DNA of 64,000 nt from Promethearchaeota archaeon (GCA_048937405.1 JBHLNF010000011.1:42119-106118), one strand, 5' to 3'. Shown: positions 50,478 through 60,507, counted from the first letter of the stretch. Made by a program: numbers and translations. The notes: a model not told the origin generated them from the sequence alone.

Positions 50478-52928
50478 ATGGAAAAACCATCTGTCGAAAG
50501 TAAGAAATCTAATATAAATATTGATGAACGAACTACTACTGAAGCTAAAATTTCAAAAAAAGTAATTGAAACTGTACTATCGTATCATAGCCTTGAAGTA
50601 AGAGATATTGAGATTAGTCCTGATGGAAATTTCTTAATCTCCTGCTCTGAATATGAAGAAAATGAAAATCCTTACTTAATTGTTTGGAATATTGGCCAAC
50701 TTTTAGAAGGAGATACTACACCTGAAGTTAAACTTCAAGCAGAGAATAAAGTGAATAAATACACTAAAATTACAAATTGGCTTTTATGCGCTGATTCTAC
50801 GGTTGTTGAAATTGAAGGCATAAAATGGTGGGTAATATGCTCTGGAAGTATTGGTGGAGATATCTATATATGGTCTTTTAGACTTACTCCCGATTTAAGA
50901 AAATGGGATTTTAAGAATTATAAAACGGTTATCCTATCTGGAGGGAATGGAAATGATGAAAAATATCCAAAAGCTATATTTGATATCAAGATTCAAAAAG
51001 AAAAAAGTCAAGACAATATGCTCCACATTTATTTTGTACTAAATAATATACATACATCAATATGGAAAGAAAAAACTAATGATAACACCCTTAATAAAGT
51101 GGATATTACTCTTGATAGCTCTGGAATAATTTCAAGAATAGATAACATTAAAGTAATTGGTAGAAATGATGTTTGGATAACTAAATTAATGATTAAAAGA
51201 GATTTAGAAGAAGAAATATTATTTACTGGTTCTAAAGATGGTAAAGTAAATCTATGGAATATTGGGATCGAAAAAGATCCAATGTTGATAGGTGAACATG
51301 ATGGTGCAATAACAGATATCAGTATAATCCAAAATGGTAAAATGATTGCTTCATCATCTACAGATACAAAAATAACCATATGGGAACAAGAGTATGCAAA
51401 TAAATATCGTAAAAAAATAGATCTACTTGGACATACTGAAGCTGTTTTATCACTTGATGTTCAAACTGATAACAATTTTATGGTTTCGGCTTCTAAAGAT
51501 AACACCATTAAAATTTGGGATTTAAACAATTTTAGGTGGATAAGAAGTATAGATATACATCATTATTTAGAGGACTATGAAAAAATTAAAGGGAGTGTTA
51601 GGCAAAATGTTATAATAAAGGGATTAGACTTTGTAAGAAATATCAAAATAACTCCTGAAAATCGTTATATCTTTGTCACCAAGTATAACAGAATTATTAT
51701 TCTACGTAATTTTGGTAGTGTATGGCATTTTATTCAGCAATTAAAATTCATTAAAAAAAACGATCCTGAATTATATCGAAAGATTTATGGAAATAATTTA
51801 AAGCAAATAGCTAAACACAGCCCAGAAAATGAAGAATCTCTCGGTAATTTATACAATATACTGAAAAAACGCTTAATAAAAAGCAGGAAAATGGAGTTAG
51901 AAGGGAAAACTGAACAAAAAATAGAATATAATATGCGTGAACTTGGTACTCTTTTTATACCTTTTTTTATGAAATTTGAATCAAAATTAAAATCCCAAAA
52001 GCAATTTATCTTAGGAACAAAACAAAATTACGAAGCATATTGGCATAGTGTAAGAAATTCTATATTTAAACACCCAGATATCCCTTGGGGATTTAAATTA
52101 TATATTACAACTTCAGAGATGGATGAAAGGATTGAAGATTCCAATTTTGTTGAAATCACAGCTCGAACTGGAGAAATACCATATATCATTCTTGATGATC
52201 GTTCTCAGACACAAATCCGGTTTTTAATGGTATTAAATAATGTTCAAACCAATTTTATTCCTCTGTTAAACAATATTTCTATAGATATCGAAGATGATCG
52301 TGGAGATAAAGATACTTTAGTTTTTTCTGATTTCACTTATTCTAAAAATTTCCTACGAATTTTAACAAATCCAACACGATCTTTAGATAAGGTCAAAAAG
52401 ATCAATGAACCGGATTATATTTATTATGCTGATTGCACTTTTCAGATTGATGAAGGCTATTGCACTGATAATTTTGCAAATATTTTTATAAGGAAAATAA
52501 CAGTAGAATATACCGAGACTTTAGAACCATCAGAATCAATAACAAGTGATGAAGAAGATTTTAAAATCTTTGAAGCTTTTAGAAAAAATTTTATTTATCC
52601 ATTAACTCCGAAAACTAAGATCCAAATAGGTAAAGGTTTAAAATCAAAACTGGGAAAAATGATTGATGAATACTTTACTAAAATAATCATTATAGAATTT
52701 ATATTGAGTTTATGGGGTATAATTGAAAGTGGATTAGCCCGCACAGAACTTAGTCAGAATTTACTTGAAAGGATTTCAGCAATCGTGGATGTAGCATCTA
52801 TTCTTATTATTGCTATCATTTTCATAATGATATTTGTTCAATCACGCGGTGGAAAAAAAAGAGAGATTGATATAGAAGAATTAGATCAAAAAATGAGAAA
52901 AAGGAGGAGAAGAAAATTTGGAAAATAA
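50478..52928 (+). CDS. WD40-repeat protein with C-terminal two-TM anchor
   Basis: GSKDGKVNLWN, SSSTDTKITIWE, GHTEAV...SASKDNTIKIWD; two hydrophobic helices then a basic tail. Confidence 0.82.
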   Translation: MEKPSVESKKSNINIDERTTTEAKISKKVIETVLSYHSLEVRDIEISPDGNFLISCSEYEENENPYLIVWNIGQLLEGDTTPEVKLQAENKVNKYTKITNWLLCADSTVVEIEGIKWWVICSGSIGGDIYIWSFRLTPDLRKWDFKNYKTVILSGGNGNDEKYPKAIFDIKIQKEKSQDNMLHIYFVLNNIHTSIWKEKTNDNTLNKVDITLDSSGIISRIDNIKVIGRNDVWITKLMIKRDLEEEILFTGSKDGKVNLWNIGIEKDPMLIGEHDGAITDISIIQNGKMIASSSTDTKITIWEQEYANKYRKKIDLLGHTEAVLSLDVQTDNNFMVSASKDNTIKIWDLNNFRWIRSIDIHHYLEDYEKIKGSVRQNVIIKGLDFVRNIKITPENRYIFVTKYNRIIILRNFGSVWHFIQQLKFIKKNDPELYRKIYGNNLKQIAKHSPENEESLGNLYNILKKRLIKSRKMELEGKTEQKIEYNMRELGTLFIPFFMKFESKLKSQKQFILGTKQNYEAYWHSVRNSIFKHPDIPWGFKLYITTSEMDERIEDSNFVEITARTGEIPYIILDDRSQTQIRFLMVLNNVQTNFIPLLNNISIDIEDDRGDKDTLVFSDFTYSKNFLRILTNPTRSLDKVKKINEPDYIYYADCTFQIDEGYCTDNFANIFIRKITVEYTETLEPSESITSDEEDFKIFEAFRKNFIYPLTPKTKIQIGKGLKSKLGKMIDEYFTKIIIIEFILSLWGIIESGLARTELSQNLLERISAIVDVASILIIAIIFIMIFVQSRGGKKREIDIEELDQKMRKRRRRKFGK

Positions 52929-53784
52929 AAAATTAAATATTATTATAACCAGTTCGGTTCAAAATGATTTCATTGAACCGTTAGATATTCACCCCACATC
53001 AGAAGATAGTTTAAAATTAGGTTATGGTCAAGTTTCAGATAAATGGATGGAGTACTTTTTGAATCAGAAAAGGGATACAAGTGAAGCAAATGTTGATCAA
53101 TTTATTTCATGGCTAAAAAATAATTCCAGTAGTGAAGTGATTGGAGGTGCTCTATCATACCATCATATCTTAGAGCATTATAGACATAGAGTTCATATTG
53201 ACTATGATGAAAGTAGAAGAATATGGGAAGGTGAAAAATTAAGCCAATTTATACGAGAATTAATGATTAAAGCATCTGACTCCAATTCAAATGAGATGAG
53301 AGGAATAGAATATCAATGCATTCATCTAAGGGATTGGCATGACCAAACAGACGAATCTCAAAAGGGTGAGATGGATCTTTTTGGACCTCACTGTATTAAA
53401 GGTACATATGGAGCGAAATTTATTTCACCCTTAGATGAGTTAATACAAAAACATCATGAATTTAACGTTATTTTAAATTCAAACAGCCTTAGTTCCTTCG
53501 ATGAGACAGATCTCGAACATGTACTAGATACGGTTATTAAAAATGCAGGGAGTTCCCATAAAGAAGTTAAAATTGGAGTTTTTGGGGTAATTACTAACGT
53601 AAAAGTTTTTCTTTTAACTTTTGAGCTTATGACTATCCATAAATTTAGAAATGTTTATGTCTGTGGTGATTTCTGTGCTGGTTTTAACAAACAAGGACAT
53701 CAAGCAGGTATTAGCGCTATGGCTAGTATCTTAGCGGCAAATATAGTTGATCATAATAAATTTAGAGAAATCTTTAATATATAA
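52918..53784 (+). CDS. Divergent isochorismatase/nicotinamidase-fold protein, probably non-catalytic
   Basis: SVQNDF, RDWH, FGPHCIKGTYGA, GVITNVKV; 11-nt overlap with the WD40 gene; AGGAGG SD. Confidence 0.75.
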   Translation: MENKKLNIIITSSVQNDFIEPLDIHPTSEDSLKLGYGQVSDKWMEYFLNQKRDTSEANVDQFISWLKNNSSSEVIGGALSYHHILEHYRHRVHIDYDESRRIWEGEKLSQFIRELMIKASDSNSNEMRGIEYQCIHLRDWHDQTDESQKGEMDLFGPHCIKGTYGAKFISPLDELIQKHHEFNVILNSNSLSSFDETDLEHVLDTVIKNAGSSHKEVKIGVFGVITNVKVFLLTFELMTIHKFRNVYVCGDFCAGFNKQGHQAGISAMASILAANIVDHNKFREIFNI

Positions 53785-53880
53785 GAAATTCATTTTTTTT
53801 AATTTTTTTTTTATATAAGAACTTATTTTGATTAAAAGCTTTATTCATAATAGTAGCAAAATAAATTTTTTAATGTTTAT

Positions 53881-54822
53881 ATGAATACAAAACAATTACA
53901 AGATATTATATTAGCCTTAAAGAAAGAAAATGATGTAACAATTCTAGCTCATTATTATCAGCCAATAGAAATTCAAGAAATTGCTGATTTTGTGGGAGAT
54001 TCTCTTGGCTTATCTCGTACAGCAAAAAATAAACCAAATGAATATATAATATTCGCTGGAGTCGATTTTATGGCTGAAACTGCATCAATTTTAAATCAAG
54101 ATAAACATGTCCTAATCCCTAATTATGAATCTTGTTGTCCAATGGCAGCTTATCTTACACCTGAAATGATAAGAGAATTTAAAAAAAAGTATCCAGATCT
54201 ACCTGTTGTTGTATATGTTAATTCTACTGCAGCTGTAAAAGCAGAATCTGATATCTGTTGTACTTCTTCAAATGCAATTAAGATCGTTAATAAAATTAGT
54301 CAAGAATTTGGGGTTTCCTCTGTATTATTCGGTCCAGATGCAAATCTAGCTGATTATACAGAACAAAAATCTGAAATAGAATGTATAAAAATGCCAGAGG
54401 AAGGTCATTGTTATGTGCATTCACAAATTAAACCAGAACACATAGATAAAGTAAAAGAAAAACATCCTCATGCAAAACTGCTTGTTCATCCAGAATGTAT
54501 TAGAGATGTGAGGGAATTAGCGGATTTTGTAGGATCAACAACACAAATGTATAATAGGGTAAAAAATAGTACTCTTGATGAAAAAGAATTTCTTATCGGT
54601 ACTGAGGAGGCATTTAGAGAACGTTTGACTCAAGATTTTAAAGATAAAAATTTTTACACAGTTAAAGACAATTTGATTTGTTTTAATATGAAAAAGCATA
54701 ATCTTGAGCTTATCAAATATATCCTCAAGAACCTTAATGACCAAGCTTTTGAAGTCAAAGTTCCATCTGATATTGCTAAAAAGGCTTTAATTCCAATTAA
54801 TAAAATGTTAAATTATTCTTAG
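53881..54822 (+). CDS. nadA: Quinolinate synthase
   Basis: LAHYYQ, GDSL, FMAETA, CPMA, YVNSTA.VKA.SDICCTSSNA, HPEC, GST, C.NMK. Confidence 0.96.
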   Translation: MNTKQLQDIILALKKENDVTILAHYYQPIEIQEIADFVGDSLGLSRTAKNKPNEYIIFAGVDFMAETASILNQDKHVLIPNYESCCPMAAYLTPEMIREFKKKYPDLPVVVYVNSTAAVKAESDICCTSSNAIKIVNKISQEFGVSSVLFGPDANLADYTEQKSEIECIKMPEEGHCYVHSQIKPEHIDKVKEKHPHAKLLVHPECIRDVRELADFVGSTTQMYNRVKNSTLDEKEFLIGTEEAFRERLTQDFKDKNFYTVKDNLICFNMKKHNLELIKYILKNLNDQAFEVKVPSDIAKKALIPINKMLNYS

Positions 54823-54883
54823 TACCAATCGTACTAATAAAATAAAAAAAAAATGTAAATTTGATCATTAAGTATGATCAAAT

Positions 54884-55993
54884 TCAAAATAAAGCGTTTA
54901 ATACTGACATTCTTTTCGGATGTTCATTTTTTACTTTGACCATTTTTATTGCATTATTAGGACAATTCGCAGCACATATTCCACATCCTACACATAGTTC
55001 TTCTCTAACTTTCATTCTCTCATCTGATGAATCAGGTTTAGTTGGCCAGATATGATAAATAGCTTCATTTTGGCATTTCTTCATACAAGTTTCACATTTT
55101 GTACAGAGTTCCATATCAAATTCAGGAACAAAATTAGTTTCAATTACACCCTTATAGAAATATTTTTTTGCTGGTAGAAGAGCTCCACAATGACAACTGC
55201 AACAATTACAAATAAATCTTGAGTTATCTTTACTGGTGTCAGCAACTGAATTATGAATAAGTCCTGCTTTCTCAGTCTTTCTAAGAAAGTCAATTGCTTC
55301 TTCTTTAGTTAAGCTTCTTGCCAGTCCTTGACTAATCCATCTTTTTGCTCCTTCTCCAACAACAAAACATCCTAATTCAGGGCCCGCTACTTCACAAGGT
55401 TCACCCGTTAATTCACCTATTAACCTACATTGACAAGGTATAACAGCAAAAGTATCATTATTATCAATCATATTTTTAACTACCTCAAAAGGAAGAACTT
55501 GATTCTCAACCTCAAAAGATTTATCGACCTTAATTAGCTTTTCCTCAGAATCATATGGAAGCAAAGGACGGAATCCTTTTCGAATGCTACTAACCTTCTC
55601 TAAATCTGGTGCTCTATTTTTAAAAATGTATCGATATATCTCAGCTACTTTTTGTTGATTTTCTTCGGTATCCTTGCGTCTTATGAAATATAATTCAAAT
55701 ATACCTGGGACAAGGGGCATTAATCTATAATCAGAATTAGTTTGTATTATCGTCCCAAGATTCACCGATCTTTTTAATTTTTCTTCTATTTCTTGTTCAG
55801 GAATGCCTGTTTTTTTATTTAATTCTTCTAGTGAAATTTTAAGGCCAACATTTTTAAAATGGGAAAGAATTTTAATCTCCTCTTCATTCCAGAAGATTTT
55901 CATTAACTTAAAGATTTCTTTCCGCTTAGGAGCAGTTATTCTTCCAATTTGTAGTTTTTGTCTTACAATTTCGTAATTATCAACTTCAGTCAT
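54884..55993 (-). CDS. 4Fe-4S dicluster-domain protein
   Basis: CQCR, ICNCCSCHCG, CTKCETCMKKC, CVGCGICAANCP. Confidence 0.88.
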   Translation of the reverse strand: MTEVDNYEIVRQKLQIGRITAPKRKEIFKLMKIFWNEEEIKILSHFKNVGLKISLEELNKKTGIPEQEIEEKLKRSVNLGTIIQTNSDYRLMPLVPGIFELYFIRRKDTEENQQKVAEIYRYIFKNRAPDLEKVSSIRKGFRPLLPYDSEEKLIKVDKSFEVENQVLPFEVVKNMIDNNDTFAVIPCQCRLIGELTGEPCEVAGPELGCFVVGEGAKRWISQGLARSLTKEEAIDFLRKTEKAGLIHNSVADTSKDNSRFICNCCSCHCGALLPAKKYFYKGVIETNFVPEFDMELCTKCETCMKKCQNEAIYHIWPTKPDSSDERMKVREELCVGCGICAANCPNNAIKMVKVKNEHPKRMSVLNALF

Positions 55994-56049
55994 ATTAAAT
56001 ATGATTGCATGAATTAATTAAAACTTAATGGTTAATATACATTGTATAT

Positions 56050-56093
56050 TGACAGAAGTGTCATTTGTTTAAATTTAATTGACAGAAATGTCA
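56050..56093. promoter_or_regulatory. Tandem palindromic operator TGACA-N4-TGTCA (two copies, 30 bp apart)
   Basis: TGACAgaagTGTCA at 56050-56063 and TGACAgaaaTGTCA at 56080-56093, flanking a TTTAAA element upstream of the Fe-S gene. Confidence 0.7.
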
Positions 56094-56116
56094 TTTTCAT
56101 TAGAAATTGTTTGTTT

Positions 56117-57640
56117 TCACAAAAATTTTGTAATTCTTGTTTGCTTTTTATCATCAAGAAACCTTAAGAAAGATTTAGTTGGTTTTCCTGAATAAATTGC
56201 ATGCAAATTAGTTTTTTTCTCGAAATTTTTAATATCACTATAATTAAAATTATTTTTTTTCATTAATTTACTTAATTTAAATACCCATTTCACAAAATTC
56301 TTGTAAAGTCGACCATTAATACCTGCTTTTGACTTATGGGTTTCCTCATAGAATTTAATATCATCTTGATTATAAGCTGTAAAATTTCTATAGTTTTGAC
56401 CCATCCAAAAGAAATGGGATACTGATTCCGAAAATTCTTTAATTCTACAACCTGTTAATTTAACTATCTTTAATTTTGGTAATTTATTTAATAAATCAGG
56501 AATCTCTTCAATGTCTATATTACCTGAAAGATCTAAAAACTCTAAATTATTAAGACCTTCTAACCATTCAAGTTTTTTAATATAATTGTTTTTCATAGAT
56601 AATTTCTTCAAGTTTTTTAATTTCTCGAGTCCCTTTAAACTTGTAATCCTATTGTGACTTAAATCTAATTCTATAATTTCCTCAGAATATTCTCCTAATC
56701 CTTCGACATTTTCTATAATTTCAATCATTTTGTTTTTTAAATTAACTTTTGAATCCAATACAATCCCTACCAATCTGTCATTATAAGAAATGATCTTAAG
56801 ATCTAAATTGTCATAATTTACTTGAGCTTTATTTAAAAATTTCAGTACGGGAAAGCTTCTTACATTCTTATATTTATTATAGATAATTACTACAAATTCT
56901 TGTCTTGTTTTCTCTGGTAACTTCTCTATTGCTTTAAGTAGTATTAAATATTTATATTTGAAACGAAATCTATTTATAAAAATAGTAGTATATTGTTTTA
57001 TTTGTTGAACAACTTCAGGATCATTAAGATTATATAGTAATGGTATAATTCTTCTTGTGTATTCATCAATACTTGGGAAATCTATATCAATTAACATACT
57101 TTCAAATTCGTCTTCTGTCAAATAATATAAATACCCATTTTGTGTTAGGAACCTAATCACTGTTGGATGCCCAGTTGCATATCTTATAGCAATTTCTTCT
57201 TTAAATTTTCGTTTAGCAATGGGATCACCCGCATCAACAAGTGCTTTTAATAAAGGAAACGCTAGATTTCGATGAAGAATTCGAGTATCATATTCGTTTT
57301 CAACCCAAGCTTGTATATTTGAGCAATGTCCCCAAAATTCTGTCTCAGGTGGAACTCTCTGGTGATTACTTTCCATTGAACGATCTAATTTGACTGCAGC
57401 TTCATCTATAGATTTAATCTCATCATATTCATCAATCTGATCTATGGGAATATTTATTAAAAGATACATACATTGTCTAAACACACGATTGTTTACATAG
57501 ATCATTGTTCTTCCTCCCTCAAGCTTCATTTTAAGATATCTATTAACAATAAATTCCTTCTTATGAATTTGTGTTCTAATAGATTTAAAAAAGAGAATTG
57601 AGAAGAGAACTAATAAAACTAATATCTGATATTTAAACAT
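56117..57640 (-). CDS. Lokiarchaeal-type LRR protein
   Basis: EF.VN.Y..MKLE.G.T.IYV...FWGHCSNIQAWVEN.YDTRILHRNLAFPLLK domain plus SDS22-like LRRs; start uncertain. Confidence 0.8.
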   Translation of the reverse strand: MFKYQILVLLVLFSILFFKSIRTQIHKKEFIVNRYLKMKLEGGRTMIYVNNRVFRQCMYLLINIPIDQIDEYDEIKSIDEAAVKLDRSMESNHQRVPPETEFWGHCSNIQAWVENEYDTRILHRNLAFPLLKALVDAGDPIAKRKFKEEIAIRYATGHPTVIRFLTQNGYLYYLTEDEFESMLIDIDFPSIDEYTRRIIPLLYNLNDPEVVQQIKQYTTIFINRFRFKYKYLILLKAIEKLPEKTRQEFVVIIYNKYKNVRSFPVLKFLNKAQVNYDNLDLKIISYNDRLVGIVLDSKVNLKNKMIEIIENVEGLGEYSEEIIELDLSHNRITSLKGLEKLKNLKKLSMKNNYIKKLEWLEGLNNLEFLDLSGNIDIEEIPDLLNKLPKLKIVKLTGCRIKEFSESVSHFFWMGQNYRNFTAYNQDDIKFYEETHKSKAGINGRLYKNFVKWVFKLSKLMKKNNFNYSDIKNFEKKTNLHAIYSGKPTKSFLRFLDDKKQTRITKFL

Positions 57641-57941
57641 TTTTCAGATAGGATTTTTGGTAACAAATCAAAAGAAAAATTGATTTATTAAACTAAAATC
57701 TCTAAAGGTTTTTTGAAAATTTATTAGAATATAATGTTGTTATGATAATGGCTAAATTTGTGTGATCTAATACGAAAAAATATACACTTGAATAATAGAA
57801 TATATTCATAACAATTTAGATGATGAATTTTTAATTAGTTGATTTTACAGCATATAGAACAAAAAACGATCGATTAGAAAAAGAATAAATAGAAAAACAC
57901 GTCTATTTAAACAAATTATATAAATAATTTCAAGAATAATT

Positions 57942-58280
57942 ATGACTAATAATGAAGACCCAGGAGCATGTATAGTTGTAATAGGAATTGTAATGGCGGT
58001 GGGGGATTGGATACTTTTTAATACAGGTTTTCTAATTTTTGTTGGAGTATTCATTGTTATTATTGGAATTGCTACAAGTTCAAATTTTAAAAAGAAAGTA
58101 TCTAGCACTGTATCGCACCCTCAAATGAATTATACTCAAAATAATACCCAAATAATTGAAACAGTTTCTCAAGATATCACGCCAGTCCAAAGTATTATGG
58201 AAAAGCATATTTTTTGCTCATATTGTGGGTTAAAAACCAGTTTAAATACTTGTCCTGCATGTGGAAGGGAAATTGATTAA
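57942..58280 (+). CDS. Small membrane protein with C-terminal zinc ribbon
   Basis: Two TM helices; FCSYCG...CPACG. Confidence 0.7.
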   Translation: MTNNEDPGACIVVIGIVMAVGDWILFNTGFLIFVGVFIVIIGIATSSNFKKKVSSTVSHPQMNYTQNNTQIIETVSQDITPVQSIMEKHIFCSYCGLKTSLNTCPACGREID

Positions 58281-58519
58281 TTTTTTCTTTTTATTTTATG
58301 GAAAGTTCTCCTAAAGTGAAATTATTTTATTATTGAATAGAAGTAAAGTTTTTAGAATTGATTATTTGGGATTTTCAACATTAAATTTATGGAATATTTA
58401 TACCGATACAAATGATAAAATTTACGTTTTATCCTGTCAAATTTCCTTTTGTCAAGCTTTTTAGGATAGATTACTTTTTCAGGTTTATTTATTTAAAAGA
58501 ATTATTTTTAATAGTATTT

Positions 58520-59659
58520 CTAAACATTTGGAGTTAAACCATTTGAATCTTTAAATTTAGGATTCTCTACCAGAGTAAGCATATTTAAATTTAAATCTCT
58601 TTTTGAACCTTCCAATAACTTTGCTTGAAGTCTCTTACCCTCAAAAGACATTGGTAACTTTTGAGATTGAGCAACTCCCTCCATCAAAATTTCTCTTTCA
58701 ATATCTAAAAATCCCATTTCTATGGTATTTTTTACAATTAAATTTAACACTAATAATTGAAATTGATCTTTAATCGCATCCCATATTAAGCCCATATCTT
58801 TTAATTGATTAGTTATTTCTTCGGCCATGATATCGAGATCATAGATCTCATCATAGATTCCCTCTTGAAGATTTATGATCTCATTTATTAATCGATCCTT
58901 AATTAACCTCAGAGAAGTTGTTCCCAATAAATCTTCTTCATGGAAAAAGAAATCATTCATTTCACGTTTAATTAAATAAAAACCATAATCACTTTTTATC
59001 AATTTAGACCTTGCTAAATAATTAATAGCTTCTCTTGAAACATTATATACTTCACAGTATTGATCTAAATTTAATTTATAACCCTCGAATTTTTGTGAAC
59101 TAGATTCATCAAAGTGCCAATAAATTTTTGCAAAGGCACCCTGACCAAGAATAGAATTGTAAAATATGTAAAAGAGAGATAGATAAAGATCTCTATCTTG
59201 TTGTAATTCAAAAAAATTGTCTCCTATTTTGGAGATAATCCTTACAATATGAATTATAAATGTGTCTTCAACATTTATTTCCTTATAAAAATCAATCAAA
59301 TCTTCAAGTTTCCTAACATTCTCTTTTAATTCATTAACAAAAAAAATTTCATCTTTAAGTTTTAAAGGTGCCTCTCCTAGTTTTTCAATTCCTTTATCGG
59401 TAATCACATAATTTCTATACTGTTTATTTGTTTTTTTATCTGTTACTAATCTTTGTTCTATGTTTTTATTTTTTCTATGAAAATTAAGATATTTAGAAAC
59501 TGTTGATCTACTTAAAGTTGAATATTTAACTATATTAGTAAATCTTTGAGGCCCTAAATTTCTAAGAATAAATAATATTCTCCTACTGTTGTCTTCAATA
59601 TTACTAGATTTTTTTAATAATTCTGTTTTTAACTTCTTGGATATATTCCACGATTCCAT
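58520..59659 (-). CDS. Winged-helix DNA-binding protein
   Basis: RFTNIVKYSTLSRSTVSKYL...YVITDKG. Confidence 0.7.
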   Translation of the reverse strand: MESWNISKKLKTELLKKSSNIEDNSRRILFILRNLGPQRFTNIVKYSTLSRSTVSKYLNFHRKNKNIEQRLVTDKKTNKQYRNYVITDKGIEKLGEAPLKLKDEIFFVNELKENVRKLEDLIDFYKEINVEDTFIIHIVRIISKIGDNFFELQQDRDLYLSLFYIFYNSILGQGAFAKIYWHFDESSSQKFEGYKLNLDQYCEVYNVSREAINYLARSKLIKSDYGFYLIKREMNDFFFHEEDLLGTTSLRLIKDRLINEIINLQEGIYDEIYDLDIMAEEITNQLKDMGLIWDAIKDQFQLLVLNLIVKNTIEMGFLDIEREILMEGVAQSQKLPMSFEGKRLQAKLLEGSKRDLNLNMLTLVENPKFKDSNGLTPNV

Positions 59660-59849
59660 AATACTAATATATATAAAATAATATATATAATTATACTTTT
59701 TTTTTGGACTTAGACTAAAAGATAGTAAAAAAACAAATATATCTAAATTTAGTATAAAGATAAAATAGCTATAGGTAAAATTATAAAAATTAGGAAATTA
59801 ATGTTAGAAATTGGAAATTATTAAAAATCAATAAATCGATTGTGATAAA

Positions 59850-60047
59850 ATGACGATAGAAGACCCTAATATATTAAATAGGATACGGATTATTGAAGAA
59901 AGGTTGGATAAAATAGAGCAACGAATTTCAAGTTTAGAACACAAAATAGGAAGGTTTCCTTCTCCACCATTACCTAAACCAGGTCCTATTCATCCCCCAG
60001 GTCCACCTGATCGACCAGGTCCCCCACCAGAACCTTTTCGATTCTAA
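59850..60047 (+). CDS. Small coiled-coil protein with Pro-rich tail
   Basis: IEERLDKIEQRISSLEHKI then PSPPLPKPGPIHPPGPPDRPGPPPEP; GTGA SD. Confidence 0.65.
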   Translation: MTIEDPNILNRIRIIEERLDKIEQRISSLEHKIGRFPSPPLPKPGPIHPPGPPDRPGPPPEPFRF

Positions 60048-60207
60048 AAAATCTCCAAAAAATTGTATAGAACCGAAAAAGAGCTAATTCCCTATTATAT
60101 AAACTGAAGTTCGGGATGTTGAACAAAAATCCTTAATATTGCATCTTGATAATTTATATCTATCCAATTTAATAAAATAAATAATAAAAAAAGGAGCGTG
60201 AAGGAGA

Positions 60208-60465
60208 ATTACCCAATATCGTTTTCGGCTAACCGGTGTGCCCCCTGATCAAGCGATCAAGCTTATCGAGCTTGATCCAAATAATTCAATCGCGGAGATT
60301 AAAAAAACTGTGCAACGAGAGTATAAATTAAATCCAATCTTAGCAATACAATTCATTTTTAAAGGTAAAGTATTACCTGACCAATTGAAATTTGCTAAGA
60401 TAGGAATCCATCCAAAAAAAGATGTAATCACAGTAATGGCTACACAAGCGGGAGGATTCCTGTAA
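60208..60465 (+). CDS. Ubiquitin-like protein (pro-form ending GG-FL); probable ATT start
   Basis: SIAEIKK...FIFKGKVLPD...GI...AGGFL; first beta strand (QYRFRL) lies upstream of the called GTG. Confidence 0.82.
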   Translation: MTQYRFRLTGVPPDQAIKLIELDPNNSIAEIKKTVQREYKLNPILAIQFIFKGKVLPDQLKFAKIGIHPKKDVITVMATQAGGFL

Positions 60466-60507
60466 TTGGAGTAAATAGATAGGAGAATTTTCAGAACGGG
60501 GTTAATT

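Noticed and set aside
56048-56097. Mini CRISPR array
   Set aside because: Only two 19-bp copies with an 11-bp spacer and no cas genes; it fits an operator better
60255-60277. Perfect 9-bp hairpin GATCAAGCT-tatcg-AGCTTGATC inside the ubiquitin-like CDS
   Set aside because: It is a single occurrence inside coding sequence and may be chance; it seems too far from the start codon to argue for a role in initiation
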